A DNA stretch of 64,000 nucleotides from Camelus ferus (Eukaryota), in contig NC_045696.1 in NCBI RefSeq assembly GCF_009834535.1, positions 104,658,001 to 104,722,000 of the forward strand. The letters run 5' to 3'. The stretch's first letter is position 1, and each line of letters begins with the position of its first letter. Shown one piece after another: positions 1 through 13,389 of this stretch. The notes beneath the pieces were generated by a model that searched no databases, had not been told where the DNA came from, and saw only the letters and a list, made by a program, of their open reading frames with translations. The translations under genes and the position numbers were made by a program.

Positions 1-299
1 CCATCATGACAGCTCTGTCCTCTTCTGTGCATCTCCTGGCCCATCTCCTGGGAGTACATGCTGGATGGTCTCTTCTCAAAGAACCAGCGCCATTGGCAGC
101 TCCAGCCCATGGACACGAGCCTGGTCACCCAGCAGTGACCTGACCACCGTCCCCATGCCCTGAGCTCTGACACTGAGTCCACAGCAGCTGGCAGGAGCCC
201 TGTCTGCAGCCCTGGGCTCCTCCCTGTCCTCCCCAAGTCAGGGGTCCCCTATAGACATCTGAATAGGGGAGCCCTGCAGGGAACGAGCTCAGGGCACAG

Positions 300-1920
300 T
301 AAAATACCATCAGGATGAGCCTCACAGACACAACGTCGTGGGAAAGGAGCCAGCCCCAAGTGTACCTACTGTGTGATTCTATTTCTATTAAGGCTGGCAA
401 CAGGCAAACTGACCCATGTGATAAAAATCAGAAGAGTCATTACCCTGGGGATGGGAGGCAAAAGGGGTCTTTCTGGGATGCTGGAAATGTTTCAGACCTT
501 TATCTCTATAGTAGCTACATACTTATGCAGATGTGTAAAACATAATCCTTTACACCATACACAAAAATAAACTCAAAATGGATCAAAGACTTAAACATAA
601 GACAAGATACAATAAACCTCCTAGAAGAAAATATAGGCAAAACATTATCTGACATACATCTCAAAAATATTCTCCTAGAACAGTCTACCCAAGAAATAGA
701 AATAAAAGCAAGAGTAAACAAATGGGACCTAATGAAACTTACAAGCGTCTGCACAACAAAGGAAACCTTAAGTAAAACAAAAAGAGAACCTATGGAATGG
801 GAGAAAATTTTTGCAAATGCAACTGACAAAGGCTTGATCTCCAGAATATATAAGCAGCTCATACGACTTAATAAGAAAAAAAACAAACAACCCAATCCAA
901 AAATGGGCAGAAGACCTAAACAAGAAATTCTCCAAGGAAGACATACAAATGATCAATAGGCACATGAAAAAATGCTCAATATCACTAATTATCAGAGAAA
1001 TGCAAATCAATGAGGTATCACCTCACATCAGTCAGAATGGCCATCATTCAAAAATCCACAAATGACAAATGCTGGAGAGGCTATGGAGAAAAGGGAACCC
1101 TCCTACACTGCTGATAGGAATGCAGTTTGGTGCAGCCACTGTGGAAAACAGTATGGAGATTCCTCAAAAGACTAGGAATAGACTTACCGTATGACCCAGG
1201 AATCCCACTCCTGGGCATATATCCAGAAGGAACCCTACTTCAAAAAGACACCTGCACCCCAATGTTCATAGCAGCACTATTTACAATAGCCAAGACATGG
1301 AAACAGCCTAAATGTCCATCAACAGATGACTGGATAAAGAAGCTGTGGTATATTTATACAATGGAATACTACTCAGCCATAAAAACCAACAACATAACGC
1401 CATTTGCAGCAACATGGATGCTCCTGGAGAATGCCATTCTAAGTGAAGTAAGCCAGAAAGAGAAAGAAAAATACCATATGAGATCGCTCATATGTGGAAT
1501 CTAAAAAAAAAAAAAAAAAAAACAAAACAAAAAAAACAAACAAACAAAGCATAAATACAAAACAGAAATAGACTCACAGACATAGAATACAAACTTGTGG
1601 TTGCCAAGGGGGTAGGGGGTGGGAAGAGATAGACTGGGATTTCAAAATTGTAGAATAGATAAACAAGATTATACTGTATAGCACAGGGAAATATATACAA
1701 GATCTTATGGTAGCTCACAGAGAAAAAAATGTGACAATGAATATATATATGTTCATGTATAACTGAAAAATTGTGCTCTACATTGGAATTTGATACAACA
1801 TTGTAAAATGATTATAAATCAATAAAAAATGTTTAAAAAAAACCCAAAAAACAAAGCATAATCCTCTGTGTCTGTAAGATGAGTGAACTTTCTATCAATT
1901 ATACCTCAATTGAAAAAAAA
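300..1920 (+). mobile_element. Old L1 (L1MB/L1MC/L1ME-like) 3' end, in two pieces (about 300-549 and 1853-1920), split by a younger L1
   Basis: Degenerate old-L1 3' motifs (tactgtgtgattctattt, caggcaaact, ttctgggatgctggaaatgtt) resume after the young insertion and end in aattatacctcaat plus an A tail at 1913-1920. Confidence 0.7.
550..1852 (+). mobile_element. Young 5'-truncated LINE-1 (ORF2 C-terminus, 3' UTR, poly(A))
   Basis: ORF-track peptides at 732-959 and 1127-1504 match the L1 ORF2 C-terminus ([23 protein letters not shown]). The sequence is nearly identical to 51560-52815. TSD aaaacataatcct 537-549 and aaagcataatcct 1853-1865. Confidence 0.95.
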
Positions 1921-3419
1921 CGCCTTTCAGGGTGTTAGCAGAGAGGTCACTGTAAATATTCGCAGATAAGCATCATGGAGTCAGTGGAGCTCCTGGCACT
2001 GCTCTGTGCCGTGCTCCATATGGGGTCCCAGACAGTGATAAGGAGGCTCAGGGCCGATCCTTGCAAAGCTCGCGACTGGCCGGGAGTCAGCCGTGTGCCA
2101 CTGGGAGAGGAGGCAGCCACAGGCCAGTCCTGCAGGGCGAGCAGCTATCAGCCCTGAAGGAGGAGAGTCAGGGTTTCGGAGGTGAGGGGTGGCCTGAGAG
2201 TAGGAGAGGGGAGGTGAGGGGTTTGCACGGAGGCCAGAGCTCTGAGAGGGAGGGAGGCAGGAAGGACAGAGCCCAGACCTAATAGTAACACCTGTGAGCA
2301 CCTGGGTCGGCTCCACTTTTCTAACCCATTCTTCAGGCCAAGACTATCCAGGGATCTGGAGAATGACTTACTATAATCCAATTCAAGTCCATCTTGAATA
2401 CCAATTAGTGCAGAAGCTCAGGGAAGGGCCATCTCAAACTACCCAGAGCATGCTCTCCACCTTATTTCAGCCTCCGCCTTATGTCAGTAGGCCACAGACA
2501 GGTCAGCAGGGGCCAGATTTCCAGTGGGGCTGGCCTCAGACCTGATGTCTCCCAGCACTGGCAGGGACAGCCTTGGCTGCTTGTTTAAGATGCAAGTCAA
2601 TCCTTCCTCTGAAAGCACCGTTGTCACAGCCAACAAAGAATTATGACTTGTCTACAAGTATTGTTTATTTCCTCTTTCAATAAAGCCTCATGGAACACAG
2701 ATATTCCTTCATTTCCATTTCTATTAATTGCAGTGTCTTTGAGGTGAATAATAAGGCTGGGCAATCAATAGTAATGATGGAACCACTGAACACAAACAAT
2801 ATCTCCTCCACAGTCTCTCCTCCAGCATCTATCTCTTTTATTAAGTAGCAAAGGGTATTATTATTTTTTTTAAAGTACACCGGTAGGGGAAACAAATCTA
2901 CAAATGATTATTTAAAAAAATTAACCAGTGGTATAATTCAATTATGCAGCATGCAATGCAGGAAAGTTCTCTTAATTACAATGGAATTGAACAGAACATT
3001 CCTCAGCCTTAACCTTGTTATTTTTCAAGGTGAGCTATTACTAACTCAATTCAAGGATGGCTTTCAATAGTGTTTCTCTGCAGCAGCCAGCCATCTGCAG
3101 AACTAACTATTCAGAAGGAATGTGTCTCAGATTGGATGCAGCTGGTGATGGATGGAGGATAAACAGATGACTGGATACCGGGTGAAAGGCAAGGGCGTGG
3201 GCTCTGTGGCTGGACCCACCTCACCACTGGAACAGAGCCAGTGACCTTGGGGGAAGCAGCTTAGCTCCTCAGACCTGCCACTGGCCTTGTCACTCCTCCC
3301 TTGCAGAGTGCCATACCTGAGATCGCAGGCACCTGCACTGACCTTACTGATGCTTCCACACATATTCCCCTGGCCCACATCTGAGTTCACCTGCAGCTCC
3401 ATGGACAGTTCAGTGTATG

Positions 3420-3915
3420 TTGACAGCTTCTTCACCCCAAGGGCCAGCATCTCCCTGCTTCTCTGCCTGAGGGCTTTCTCTGGTGCCACGATAGCTTGCT
3501 CAGTGGCTTAAGAGGGGAAGCCCAGAAGTGCAGATCCCCAGAGACAACGCTCAACCGATGAGGGACTTGTGATCGATAAATACTCCAGTCTCTCCATCCT
3601 CAGGTGCACGTTCTCATGATACCAGAGACCACCCTGATCTGCTAAGGGCTGAGGGGATTCCCAGGGTGCTGGACTTCCGGTGCTAACACAGGGGCAGGCT
3701 GGCAGCCTGGATGCTTGGTTCATCCTAATTATCTCTGAGGGCCCCCAGGGGTAGAGCCCAGCTGGCCACAGCAGGAGCCCATGCTCGATGCTCCATTCAC
3801 TAGCTTTCCTCCCTTCTGTCCCATGTTCCCCTCTCTTGTACTTGAGTTTCCTGGGGTCACCCCCGCAATAAATCACCTACATCCTTGTCTCAGGGGAAAC
3901 CCAGACTGAGGTCAC
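3420..3915 (+). mobile_element. ERVL LTR16-like solo LTR (degenerate)
   Basis: Internal gggaagcccagaagtgc...ctcaaccgatga and 3' terminus aataaatcacct...ccttgtctcaggggaaacccagactgag resemble LTR16-family ends. Confidence 0.55.
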
Positions 3916-4688
3916 ACTCAGCTGAAAAGTGGTTCTCTTCCCTCCACTCTTGCTCTTTCATTCACTCCAGACCCTTTCTTGTAACTAGGCTGAGTGTGGG
4001 CTTGTTGAGTGAGCTGGGAGGATGTGGTAATAAAACCGTGGAGGACAGGCTGCCTGCTGGAAGTTGAGAGTCCCAGGGCCTTCTTGCTGGGCATGCTGAG
4101 GGGACCCACATCCCACCACATCCTCAGGGACCTGTGAATGGTTCCAGTGCTGTCAGCTGGCCCGTTCTCCAGGCACGAGGGCCAGCTTCCACCTTGGACA
4201 TCCCCACTGTTCCTATGCCCGTGGAGCTACGCTGGGTGGGGAAGAGAAAGGTGCATCCTTGCTCTCTGAGTGGAATAGGAAAGACAGGTCCCTGGTTTAT
4301 ATCCAGGTTCTTGGCCCAGCGGCCGAGCCTCCCTTGTCTCTGGTCTCTAGTTCCCTAGCACCGGCCGCAGCCCCTGAATGTTGGCTTATGGGTCCCCCTG
4401 CTTATGTCCTCCCTTGGCCTCACTAACTCCTTCCCTTCAAAACTAAGTGTAAGCCCATATCATCCAGGAAGCTCCCCTCAAATGGTCACAGCCCACACTG
4501 ACCTCAATCTCCCCACAATTATCTGCACCACTTTCTATGTACCCACTGTGGTTTGTGTGCTGCTCTGCTGTGTCCCCTGCTAGAGGTGCATGCCAAAAGG
4601 GGGCAGGATCCGAGCAGGAGGCAGTGGACTGCACGGGGCACAACGGAGAGCTCAGAACCTGCTGTGAGGGGACGGATCACTCAGGACA

Positions 4689-5030
4689 TGAGTCAGGTGG
4701 TCTCCTGAGAAAGAGACCCTAAAATGCAGGTTCTTGTGTAAGTGATTCATTCAGACATCCTCCCAAGGGAGACCTGTAAGGATGTGGGGTTGGCCAGACA
4801 GGGGAGGGAGGAAGTCAGGGAAGGATGAGATTTTAGACAGAGTCCCACTGGGGTGGCTTCCCTTGGATCCTGCTGCAGGGCTCTGGAGGGTAAAATACAG
4901 CTCAGAACTGTCCTGACCTGAGGCAAGAGGGCTGGACTTTCATATGTCGTTGGACAGTCACTGGTTCAGGTTGCCCTGGGGCGAGGTGTATGGATTCCTC
5001 AGGCACTTCCATCTCCCTACTGACAGCAGA
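4689..5030 (-). mobile_element. ERVL LTR16/LTR33-like LTR fragment
   Basis: tctcctgagaaagagaccctaaaatgcagg...tgtaagtgattcatt is the reverse complement of an LTR16/33-type 3' end. Confidence 0.45.
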
Positions 5031-5186
5031 GAGCTTCTGGGAGCTGACCACTGAGAGCCGAAAGCCAAGGAAGGTCCCTGCTGCCCACTCTGGCTACTTG
5101 GGCACACTGAGCCTCCACGCTCTACACGAGTGGCTGCCTCACAGAGGGAAGTATCTGGAACGTCCCCAGTTCCCAGCCTAAATTCT

Positions 5187-5398
5187 TTTTTAAATTGAAG
5201 TATGGTCAGTTACAATGCATCAATTTCTGGTGTACAGCACAATGTCCCCGTCATGCATATACATACATATATTCTTTTTCATATTCTTTTTCATTAAGGG
5301 TTATTAAGGTATGGAATATAGTTCCCTGTGCTATGTAGAAGAAATTTATTTTTTAAATCTATTTTTATATATAGTGGCTAACATTTGCAAATCTCAAA
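5187..5398 (-). mobile_element. Short L1 3' UTR insertion
   Basis: T-tract followed by aattgaagtat...aatatagttccctgtgctat (reverse L1 3' UTR). Perfect 14-bp TSD ccagcctaaattct at 5173-5186 and 5399-5412. Confidence 0.9.
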
Positions 5399-6942
5399 CC
5401 AGCCTAAATTCTGACCCACCTGCCCTAGCTCATCCTGCCCTCCGCTTTGCCATCCCTGCCTGTCCTTTGCCCTCCGACCCCTGATAGTTTTGGCTCCTCA
5501 AATCTGATAAGACTGCAGTCTCGCAGGCCCAGACCTCTGACTTGCCTCCTTGAAGGTGAGCACACTCCTCCCTGAGTGAGCAACTTCTGGTGGCTCTGGG
5601 AACTGTCCACGCTGCATCCCATCCCAGGACCTGGGTGCAGAGGTGCCTGACGGACACACCCTGGCTCAACTCTCGCAACATCCTGGCTATCCAGGCATTT
5701 CAGAACAGGTGAATCTACCTCTGTCCGCCTTTCTGTCCTATTGCTGTGTGGAGATGCTGGCCCATGCTTGGCAGTTTTACAGAGTCATTCCTAATACGGC
5801 CAATTGACACGAATGATTACTATCGAAATTGGTTGAATGGACAGAGCTGGGGTGGTGCCAGGCTGACGCTGGGAGCTGACTCAGCCTCCCTCACAGGCAG
5901 TAGGAGCTGTGTCTAGGTTACTCTGGGTCAGAGTTCTCATTGCTCAGGAGAAGCAGAGCCAAAGCCCTTTGTCCCCGTGATGTTCCATATCTAGGAGGAC
6001 AGCCTCGTGTTAACCTGCTCGGCTTCTCCTTGGTGCACATACGGTTTGTGCTCTGACTTGTCCATGAGGGGCCTGCGGGAGGGGCCCAGAGGCTCCCGAG
6101 CTGTGTGTGTTCAGCTCCACGTCAACCAGCAAGTGCTGCACGACAAGGGTCCCCAAGATGAGGTGTGTGGGCAGCTCTTACCAGCTCCGACCCTGCAGAC
6201 AGAGGGGGCTGCACTACAGCCTCCGCTCGGCACATGTCCCCTGGAGTGTCCCTGGTCTCACTTCCGTGAGTTCAACCATCAGATATCCCCTGAGGCTTGG
6301 TGGGCTGCCCCAGTCCTGACTCCTTTTGGAATTAATCCAGACCCCTGCGCTGATGGGAGAGAGTGGGGCGGCTACATCGTATTTACAAAACACCTTCCTA
6401 TAATGAAATAGTCAGATTTCAATGTGTGGTCAGAGCCAATGCTCTGACGCCACCGCCAGGAGTCAGGAGAGTGGGAGAGTTATCCCGAGGGATGGCTTCC
6501 ATGCTTCCCAAGGAGGGCCTGGCTGGGGTGCGGACAGGAACCCCACAGTGACGGTCTGTTAGGAACTGACTTGACACCAGGCCTGGGGCCCCAGCATGGC
6601 AGCTCATTTAATTCTCATGACAGCATGCACAGATTTTTTCCCTCTGCTCCTTAATATTGTTATCCCTACTTGTTTATAAAATAAATTTATAAAAATATCA
6701 TCTGTATTTCTATGTGATATCATAAAAATATGAATTTGGGAGTCATCCCAAGACCCCATATACCTGCAAGGCTTCTGTTCCCTCAGCCATAACATTGCTG
6801 TGAAAGTTAATTGAATTAACATGAGTCTAGGACCTTCCAGCATCATGGGTGATCGAGATTTTTAAGGAAATGAGAGAAGTGAGTATATTTTCCAACCAGC
6901 AGGAGTTCAAAGATGGGGAGTTTGATTTCAAAAGTACAGTCA

Positions 6943-7253
6943 ATGAACTTATTTACAAAACAGAAACAGACTCACAGACACAGAAAGCAAACTTATGGTT
7001 ACCAGAGGGGGAAGAGGTGGGGAGGGATAAATTAGGCATTCAAGATTTGCAGGTACTAACTACTGTGTATAAAATAGATAAACAAGGTCCTACTGTATAG
7101 CACAGGGAAGTATATTCAATATCCTCTAATAACCTATAATGAAGCAGAATATGAAAAGAAATATATATTTATAACTGAATCACTATGCTGTACGCTGGAA
7201 ACTAACACAACATTGTAAATCGACTATACTTCAGTTAAAAATTTAAAAACAAA
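6943..7253 (+). mobile_element. Short L1 3' UTR insertion
   Basis: aatgaacttatttacaaaacagaaacagactcacagac...ctactgtatagcacaggg...gactatacttca plus A-rich tail. Imperfect TSD caaaagtacagtca 6929-6942 and caaaggtacattca 7254-7267. Confidence 0.9.
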
Positions 7254-7569
7254 CAAAGGTACATTCATTGTTTAGGAAGTATGCCCTCAAAATGTGAGCT
7301 CATTCCCTCAGTCTTGGGGATGCCTTGTCCTCACAGAATATGTCATGCATGACAGTGGACTGAGAGATGCAAGGAAGACGTGGGAGTGGGGGGGTGAACC
7401 CCAAAGAACTGGGTCCGTGTGTATAAGAGGTTTTCCCTCAGGTTCCCCAAACTGAACCAAGACCGAAAGGAACATTGCCCATCACAACCTTTCTAAAACA
7501 TTCTATGATTTTCCCATCTAGTCATCAGCACCATGACATGCAAAAAACTGAATATTGCACTTGAAATAG

Positions 7570-7830
7570 TTATTCCGATTATAATGATCGTATTGATTGG
7601 CCATCGTGTTCTGGGACAGCACACCCCTTCCCCTACAGGATCTGATTCCTTTGTATGCTCACCCCAAGAGGTCTTAATTGCTGAGATTATTCATGCCCTA
7701 TGCATATTGATTCAATTGTCACTGTTTCAGATCAGAGGGGAGGATACTGAGGCCAGCAACATTAGGTAACTCCCCCAAGGTCACTCAGCTAGACTTGGAG
7801 GAGCTGGGATGTGACTCTGGATTTAACTTG
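7570..7830 (-). mobile_element. MIR SINE relic
   Basis: Degenerate MIR core gaggatactgaggcc...ggtaactcccccaaggtcactcagctag. Confidence 0.6.
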
Positions 7831-9480
7831 TTCTAAAACCTCTTAAGTTTTCTTTTCCCACATCACTCCACAGGCTTCTTTGGATCTAGGTGTGAGCAAA
7901 ACAAAAGCAGGGTAGCACTGTGCTAGCAGCATAAGGGGCCAGGAAAGGAGGTTGGAAAATGAAGAGTCTCTTTCTGTTTGTACTTTTAGTCCAGAAGCTA
8001 AGTGTTCACCGGTTTGAGTAAACACATCTCACCTCAGCTGGGAACCCACCCACACTCATGTGTTGGCATTACACCGGCACGCTGAGTTTGAATTTCACAA
8101 GCTTTCCTTCTTTTGAAACTAGGTCAGGCCTAGGGAGCAGCTTCATATATGACTAAACAAGCAGATCTTTTGATGAAATAAGTGGTCAACCTGGAGGGGA
8201 GGCGAGCAGGCAGAAGCACCCCCAGCGACCTGCCACTTGCCCCTTCCTGCTCGGACATCAGCTGGCATCCAGGGCTTCTGTCCTCTTGAGTGTCCAGGGC
8301 CCCGGTGAGCAGAGGTCACCTCCGAGAGATTCGGGGATAAATGATTACAGAAGGCAATGGCGCTCTAAATCCATATGACTGGGGGCAATGGTGCACCGCG
8401 CCATCAGCTGTTTGGTGAGCCAGTGCAAAGTGATTATACTGCTCCCCGGGAAGGAAATCACCCAGAGATGCTGGGAAAGAATTATCTGGCATGGGGATGT
8501 TACAGAGCCATTTCTCTTAAATTATGACTTTGGTGCAAGACTATCTGATGGTGCTAAACTGTCTCCGTGCTGGGATGAGAGGTCAAAGGCAGACGTCTTA
8601 CTGGGTCTATTGGAGAGGCATGACACTGGGGAAGGAGTTATAAGCTCTCCCTTGGGACCACTCTGGACTGCAGTTTCCAGAACTGTGCTATTGATGGCCA
8701 GGTGATCATGCAAGTGCTTTTCAAGTAAAGTGAAGCTCCAACCATTCTGAAGGCCATAATGAGATCATCTGGAAATGCTGAGTGTTTTCGTGGTACCTGC
8801 CACCTCTGGACCAGGGTTTTCAATCATAGATCCACAGACCCATGAGATGGACAAGGTGAATCCCTGCACCACTCCAGCATCCCTGCCCCTCCTACACTCA
8901 CACAACCTGGCCTCACAGTGGAGGGTCATGTTCTTTACCACCCAATGTGTGAGTCATTTGGGTGGAGGACACTGGGGTTGATACAGAATTGACAGAGGGT
9001 CACATGTGTACTTCCATTCTTCGATTTGGAATTCTGTCCTCACAACCAGACCACAGATGTATCCCAGGCAAGGATCTTGTCTCATTTTGCCACAAGGATG
9101 GATGACAGAGAAAATGGTGGCTGCCATTTTCTGTTTAGCCTCCTCCTTCCTGTGGACACCCCCAGGCAGAGTGGAGCCAGGTGCCTCTGGGTGCGAGTTC
9201 AGCTCTGGCATGAACTCTTACCCTTGACTGCTCTGAGTCTCCATCTCCTCCATCTCCTCACCTGTGTCAGGTGGCTCCAGTACTGCAGGTCAGTGACTGA
9301 GGCAATGAATGAACAGACTCTAGTAGAGGCCACAAAGTTTGTCCTTTCAGCAAATGAGGGCCATTAAATCCTCACTTGCTAGACATCTAAGCAGTTCTAG
9401 AATTTTCTCTTTTCCAGTTTTCTTAGCACGTTTATCTGTGAAGATGAGCTTAATAACTTGCACCGCATACATTGGCTTAT

Positions 9481-10375
9481 CAAGTTGGGCTCATCCCAGG
9501 GGCATAAGGATGGTTCAACATACACAAATCAGTCAACGTGATACACCACATCAAGAGAAAGGACAAAAACCACATGATCATCTCAATAGATGCAGAAAAA
9601 GCATTTGATAAAATTCAACACCCATTTATGATAAAAACTCTAACCAAAGTGGGTATAGAGGGAACATATCTCAACATAGTAAAAGCTATTCATGACAAAT
9701 CTACAGCCAGCATAATACTCAATGGTGAAAAGCCAAAAGCCTTCCCACTAAAATCTGGAACAAGACAAGGATGCTCACTCTCACCACTTCCATTCAGTAC
9801 TGGAAGTCCTAGCCATAGCAATTAGACAAGAAAAAGAAATAAAAGAAATCCAAATTGGAAGAGAAGAGGTAAAACTGTCATTATATGTGGATGACATGAT
9901 GCTATATATAGAATACCCTAAAGGCTCCACACAAAAACTCCTGGAGCTAATAAAAGAATTCGGCAAGGTAGCAGGACACAAGATTGACATACAGAAATCA
10001 GTGGCATTTCTTTACAGAAATCAGTGGCATTTCTTTACACCAACAATGAAATATCAGAAAAGGAAAGTAAAGAAACAATCACTTTTAAAATTGCATCCAA
10101 AAATAAAATACTTAGGAATAAATCTTACAAAGGAAGTGAAAGACTTACATGCAGAGTACTACAAAACATTGATTAAGAAAATTAAAGATGACTTAAAGAA
10201 ATGGAAAGATATGTTCTTGGATTGGAAGAATTAATATTGTTAGAATGGTCATACTACCCAAACAATCTACAGATTTAATGTGATCTGTATCAAATTATCC
10301 AGGATGTTTTTCACGGAACTAGAACAAATAATCCTAAAATTTATATGGAGTCATGAAAGACTCAGAATTGCCAAG
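9481..10375 (+). mobile_element. Internal L1 ORF2 (reverse transcriptase) fragment with frameshifts, lacking 3' UTR and poly(A)
   Basis: Peptides [26 protein letters not shown] and DDMMLYIE. Collinear with about 50388-51276. Flanked by the two halves of a + strand MIR. Confidence 0.92.
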
Positions 10376-10489
10376 GCTTTGAGGTTTAAATGTGCCCCTG
10401 TCTGCAAAGATAGGGGCCCAGTAAGGAGCATTTACTTGAGAAACCATCCAGCATTTCCTCCCCTTTGTTCTCCATCTTTCTATCTTCAC

Positions 10490-10670
10490 CAATTTGAACT
10501 CATCAAGTCATCACAAAACCCCTCTGAGATACGTACATTTATTATTGCCATTTTACAAATGAAGAAACGGAGACTCAGAGAGGTTAAGTAACTTTCATGG
10601 GATCACACAGCTAGTGAGTGATAGGGCTGGGATATGAGTGCAGGAGTAAGCCCCCCTCTCTTAACACTAC
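10490..10670 (-). mobile_element. MIR SINE relic
   Basis: ccattttacaaatgaagaaacggagactcagagaggttaagtaactt...tcacacagctagtgagtg. Confidence 0.8.
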
Positions 10671-11537
10671 CCCAAGTTCCCATGCGGCCAGAAGCTCACT
10701 AGGGACACAGGTCAGGAGATGCATGTCATCTGGTCCTAATTTCCTACCACACTTGGTCTGATATTCTATCGGTTAAAGAATTGCACTTATGCACACAGAA
10801 TTTAACTCAACAATAACGAAAACTTTCCCTTCCAGCAGGGTCCACTATTTAATTACCTCCATTTCTGTGAACGTGCTGCAGGCTTGGGCCACTCTGCCCC
10901 GCAAGAGTGTCGATCATTAGATTCCCGTTAATTAATACGGAGTTTAATCTTCTTTGATTACAAACATTGATTGTTGCTGATCTTTCAGCCATCCCTGCCA
11001 GCGGGTATGTACTGAGTTCCAAAATATTCAGGCACCATCATGCCAGGAGAAAGGTGAAATAAAACATTACGCTGGGTTTATGGTCAATTTAATTAATGCA
11101 AATGCTGAGCTCGGTTCATTTCGCCCAATAATGCTTTCCAATCAAGCTATTGGGAACCAACATTTCTTGACTGTTTATTTTCTATGTCCTTTAAACAAAA
11201 TTCTTTCTGCAAAAACTACACAAATTATGGCCTAAAGGACACTGGTAAGTTGTATCCAGTTCTATGACTCCATGGAAAACTTGCCCCTTGACTAAAATCT
11301 TGAAAACAAAGATAAGGATCTCTTGGCAAAGAGAGTAAATCTGTGAACCCGCAGGGCTGATGGTAGAAGGTGGGTGTGAGTGTGAGGGAGAGACAGAGAG
11401 AGTTGAGGGGGAGGGAAAGAGAGAGAGAAAAACAGAGAAGCAAGAAGAGAAGAGGTTGGCGAATGTAAGGTTGACTTACTAGCAGATTTGTAAAGATTTC
11501 CCTGGTCAATTAATCAATAGGCAGATCGCTACTGAAT

Positions 11538-11750
11538 AACAATATTTAACATCTGTGTAGAGCCTTCTACGGCCCAGGGCGCCAGCACACACATTAACAC
11601 ACAAACAACAATCAAGGTAGGTACATATTATGGTTTCCATCCTGCACATATAGACAATGAGACTCTGAGAGGTCACATGGGCTGCTTAAGGTTACACAGC
11701 ATCAAAGTCAGGACATGGGCTGTGTGCTTCTAGCCCACTGCCACCAGGGT
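11538..11750 (-). mobile_element. MIR SINE relic
   Basis: aatgagactctgagaggtcacatgg...aaggttacacagc. Confidence 0.55.
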
Positions 11751-13389
11751 GCTGTGTACAGTTGTGCAGGCTGCACACTGCACAAGAGTACTTGGGTTCC
11801 CAGGCTAAGTCAACAGTATAGCTGGGGACAGACTCAGTCAGAAGACTGGACTCCTCACAATTTTCATGACACCTCCGTTTGCCAAGCCACATGCCTGTGG
11901 GTGGCATCTGTCCAGAAGAGATGTCATTCTCTAAAGTGCCCCAAAGTGCCTCAAAGAGTAGCCAGTCCAATCTGCCCATGCCCATCAGGTCTATCTCAGT
12001 GCCCGTAACACTGAAATGTGCACATGTTTCTCTACATGCACTCCCTGAGCTTCCTGAGGGGGAGAACAGAACTTCGCTCATCTCTGTGCCTCCAGCGCCC
12101 AGCACGGGATTTGTAAACACAGACGAAAGACTGGTCAAAGGACCTAGGGAATAAATGCACGAATGCATGTCCAGTGCCCCTTTCACTGCACATTCACTGC
12201 ACAGCCCTCTGCTAGGTGATCCCCACTTCCTCTGCAGACTCAGAGCCCCCGGTCCCTCCCTGTTGGGTCTAAGGTCATTGTGCTCTTACTAAACAGTAAG
12301 CTCTGTGAGGGCAGCTTCAGGGCATACTGCCGATAAGCCTTTTCCGTACAAAGCTCAAACCTTGGCATTACATATTATTTCCCTCCCCTTTCCTCTGCCT
12401 CCAATTCATTCCTCATTCGTATGTAATCTGTTTCTTAAAGACAAATGATATGCAGATGTGACAGGAACTAATGGATGTCAATATGGGTTTAATTTCATTT
12501 CACAGACTCAATCAGCGTCCAAGAAGAGCTATGCCTTCCAGGAATCCAGTCTTCTGAGATGCTCTCTCGAGGCCTTTATCCACATAATTCTGTCCCAATG
12601 CTGAGGCTTGGGAGCCACATCAGAATTCTTATTCTTTCAAAGCTCAGTGCAGTATGAAGCTGAGGTACCAAAAAGATGGCAAAGCTGTTCCTTAGGCCAA
12701 TCAAACCAGAAATCACTGAGGTTTTCCCCTGTGCTTTCAAAAGCTTGCTAGTCTACAAGCCCGGGGTATGGCCGACCACCCAGATTCCTGCCTGAAGGAA
12801 GCAGCACAGGGGTCTTAAGCGGCTTGCACCTCGGGAATGTAGGTACCATCCCATCTGGCAAAGGATGTGTCCACCCACCGTCAACTTCCTTTGGTAATTG
12901 CCCTTGCTTGACTTTTTCTGTTTCAGCGAGATGTAGCTTTTCTGCCTGACCATCATTGTCTCTTTAATACCTACAGGCTTTCATCTTGCTCTGAAACCCA
13001 GAAATGTACAGCAGCCCTGGGGATTGGAACCTGTGGATAGAGATGGTGAGGCCAGGGCAGAGGCATTCTTCATCAGAGAACACTTACAGAGCAGCATGGG
13101 CCTGGGTCTGCTCCAAATCTCATTTATGTAGAATTGCTGCTTAGATAGCATTCCTCCTTCTTAAGAAAGGATCTGAGGTTTCTAGAGAGTAACACATGCT
13201 CAGAAGAGCCTTGGTGAGCTGACAAGGGGACCCAAGTGTTGTAACATCAGGAAAGTACACAATCCTCCGACTACACACTTCAGCTTAATGGGCCTAGGAG
13301 GTACCTGGTCCATCCTCCACCCTGCCAAGATTTCCAGGTATAGTTGGTTTCCAAATGTTGCAGCTCTAATCCAGGAATGAAAAACAAGG

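Noticed and set aside
8940..9330. Possible MaLR (MLT1-like) LTR; a similar hint at 44120-44420
   Set aside because: Too degenerate to assign family or boundaries by eye.
11692..12186. 164-aa minus-strand ORF
   Set aside because: Overlaps MIR/L2 relics and has no recognisable homology.
12865..12975. Possible minus-strand exon (ctgtag...gtgggt, peptide MMVRQKSYISLKQKK)
   Set aside because: Weak splice context and no recognisable protein match.
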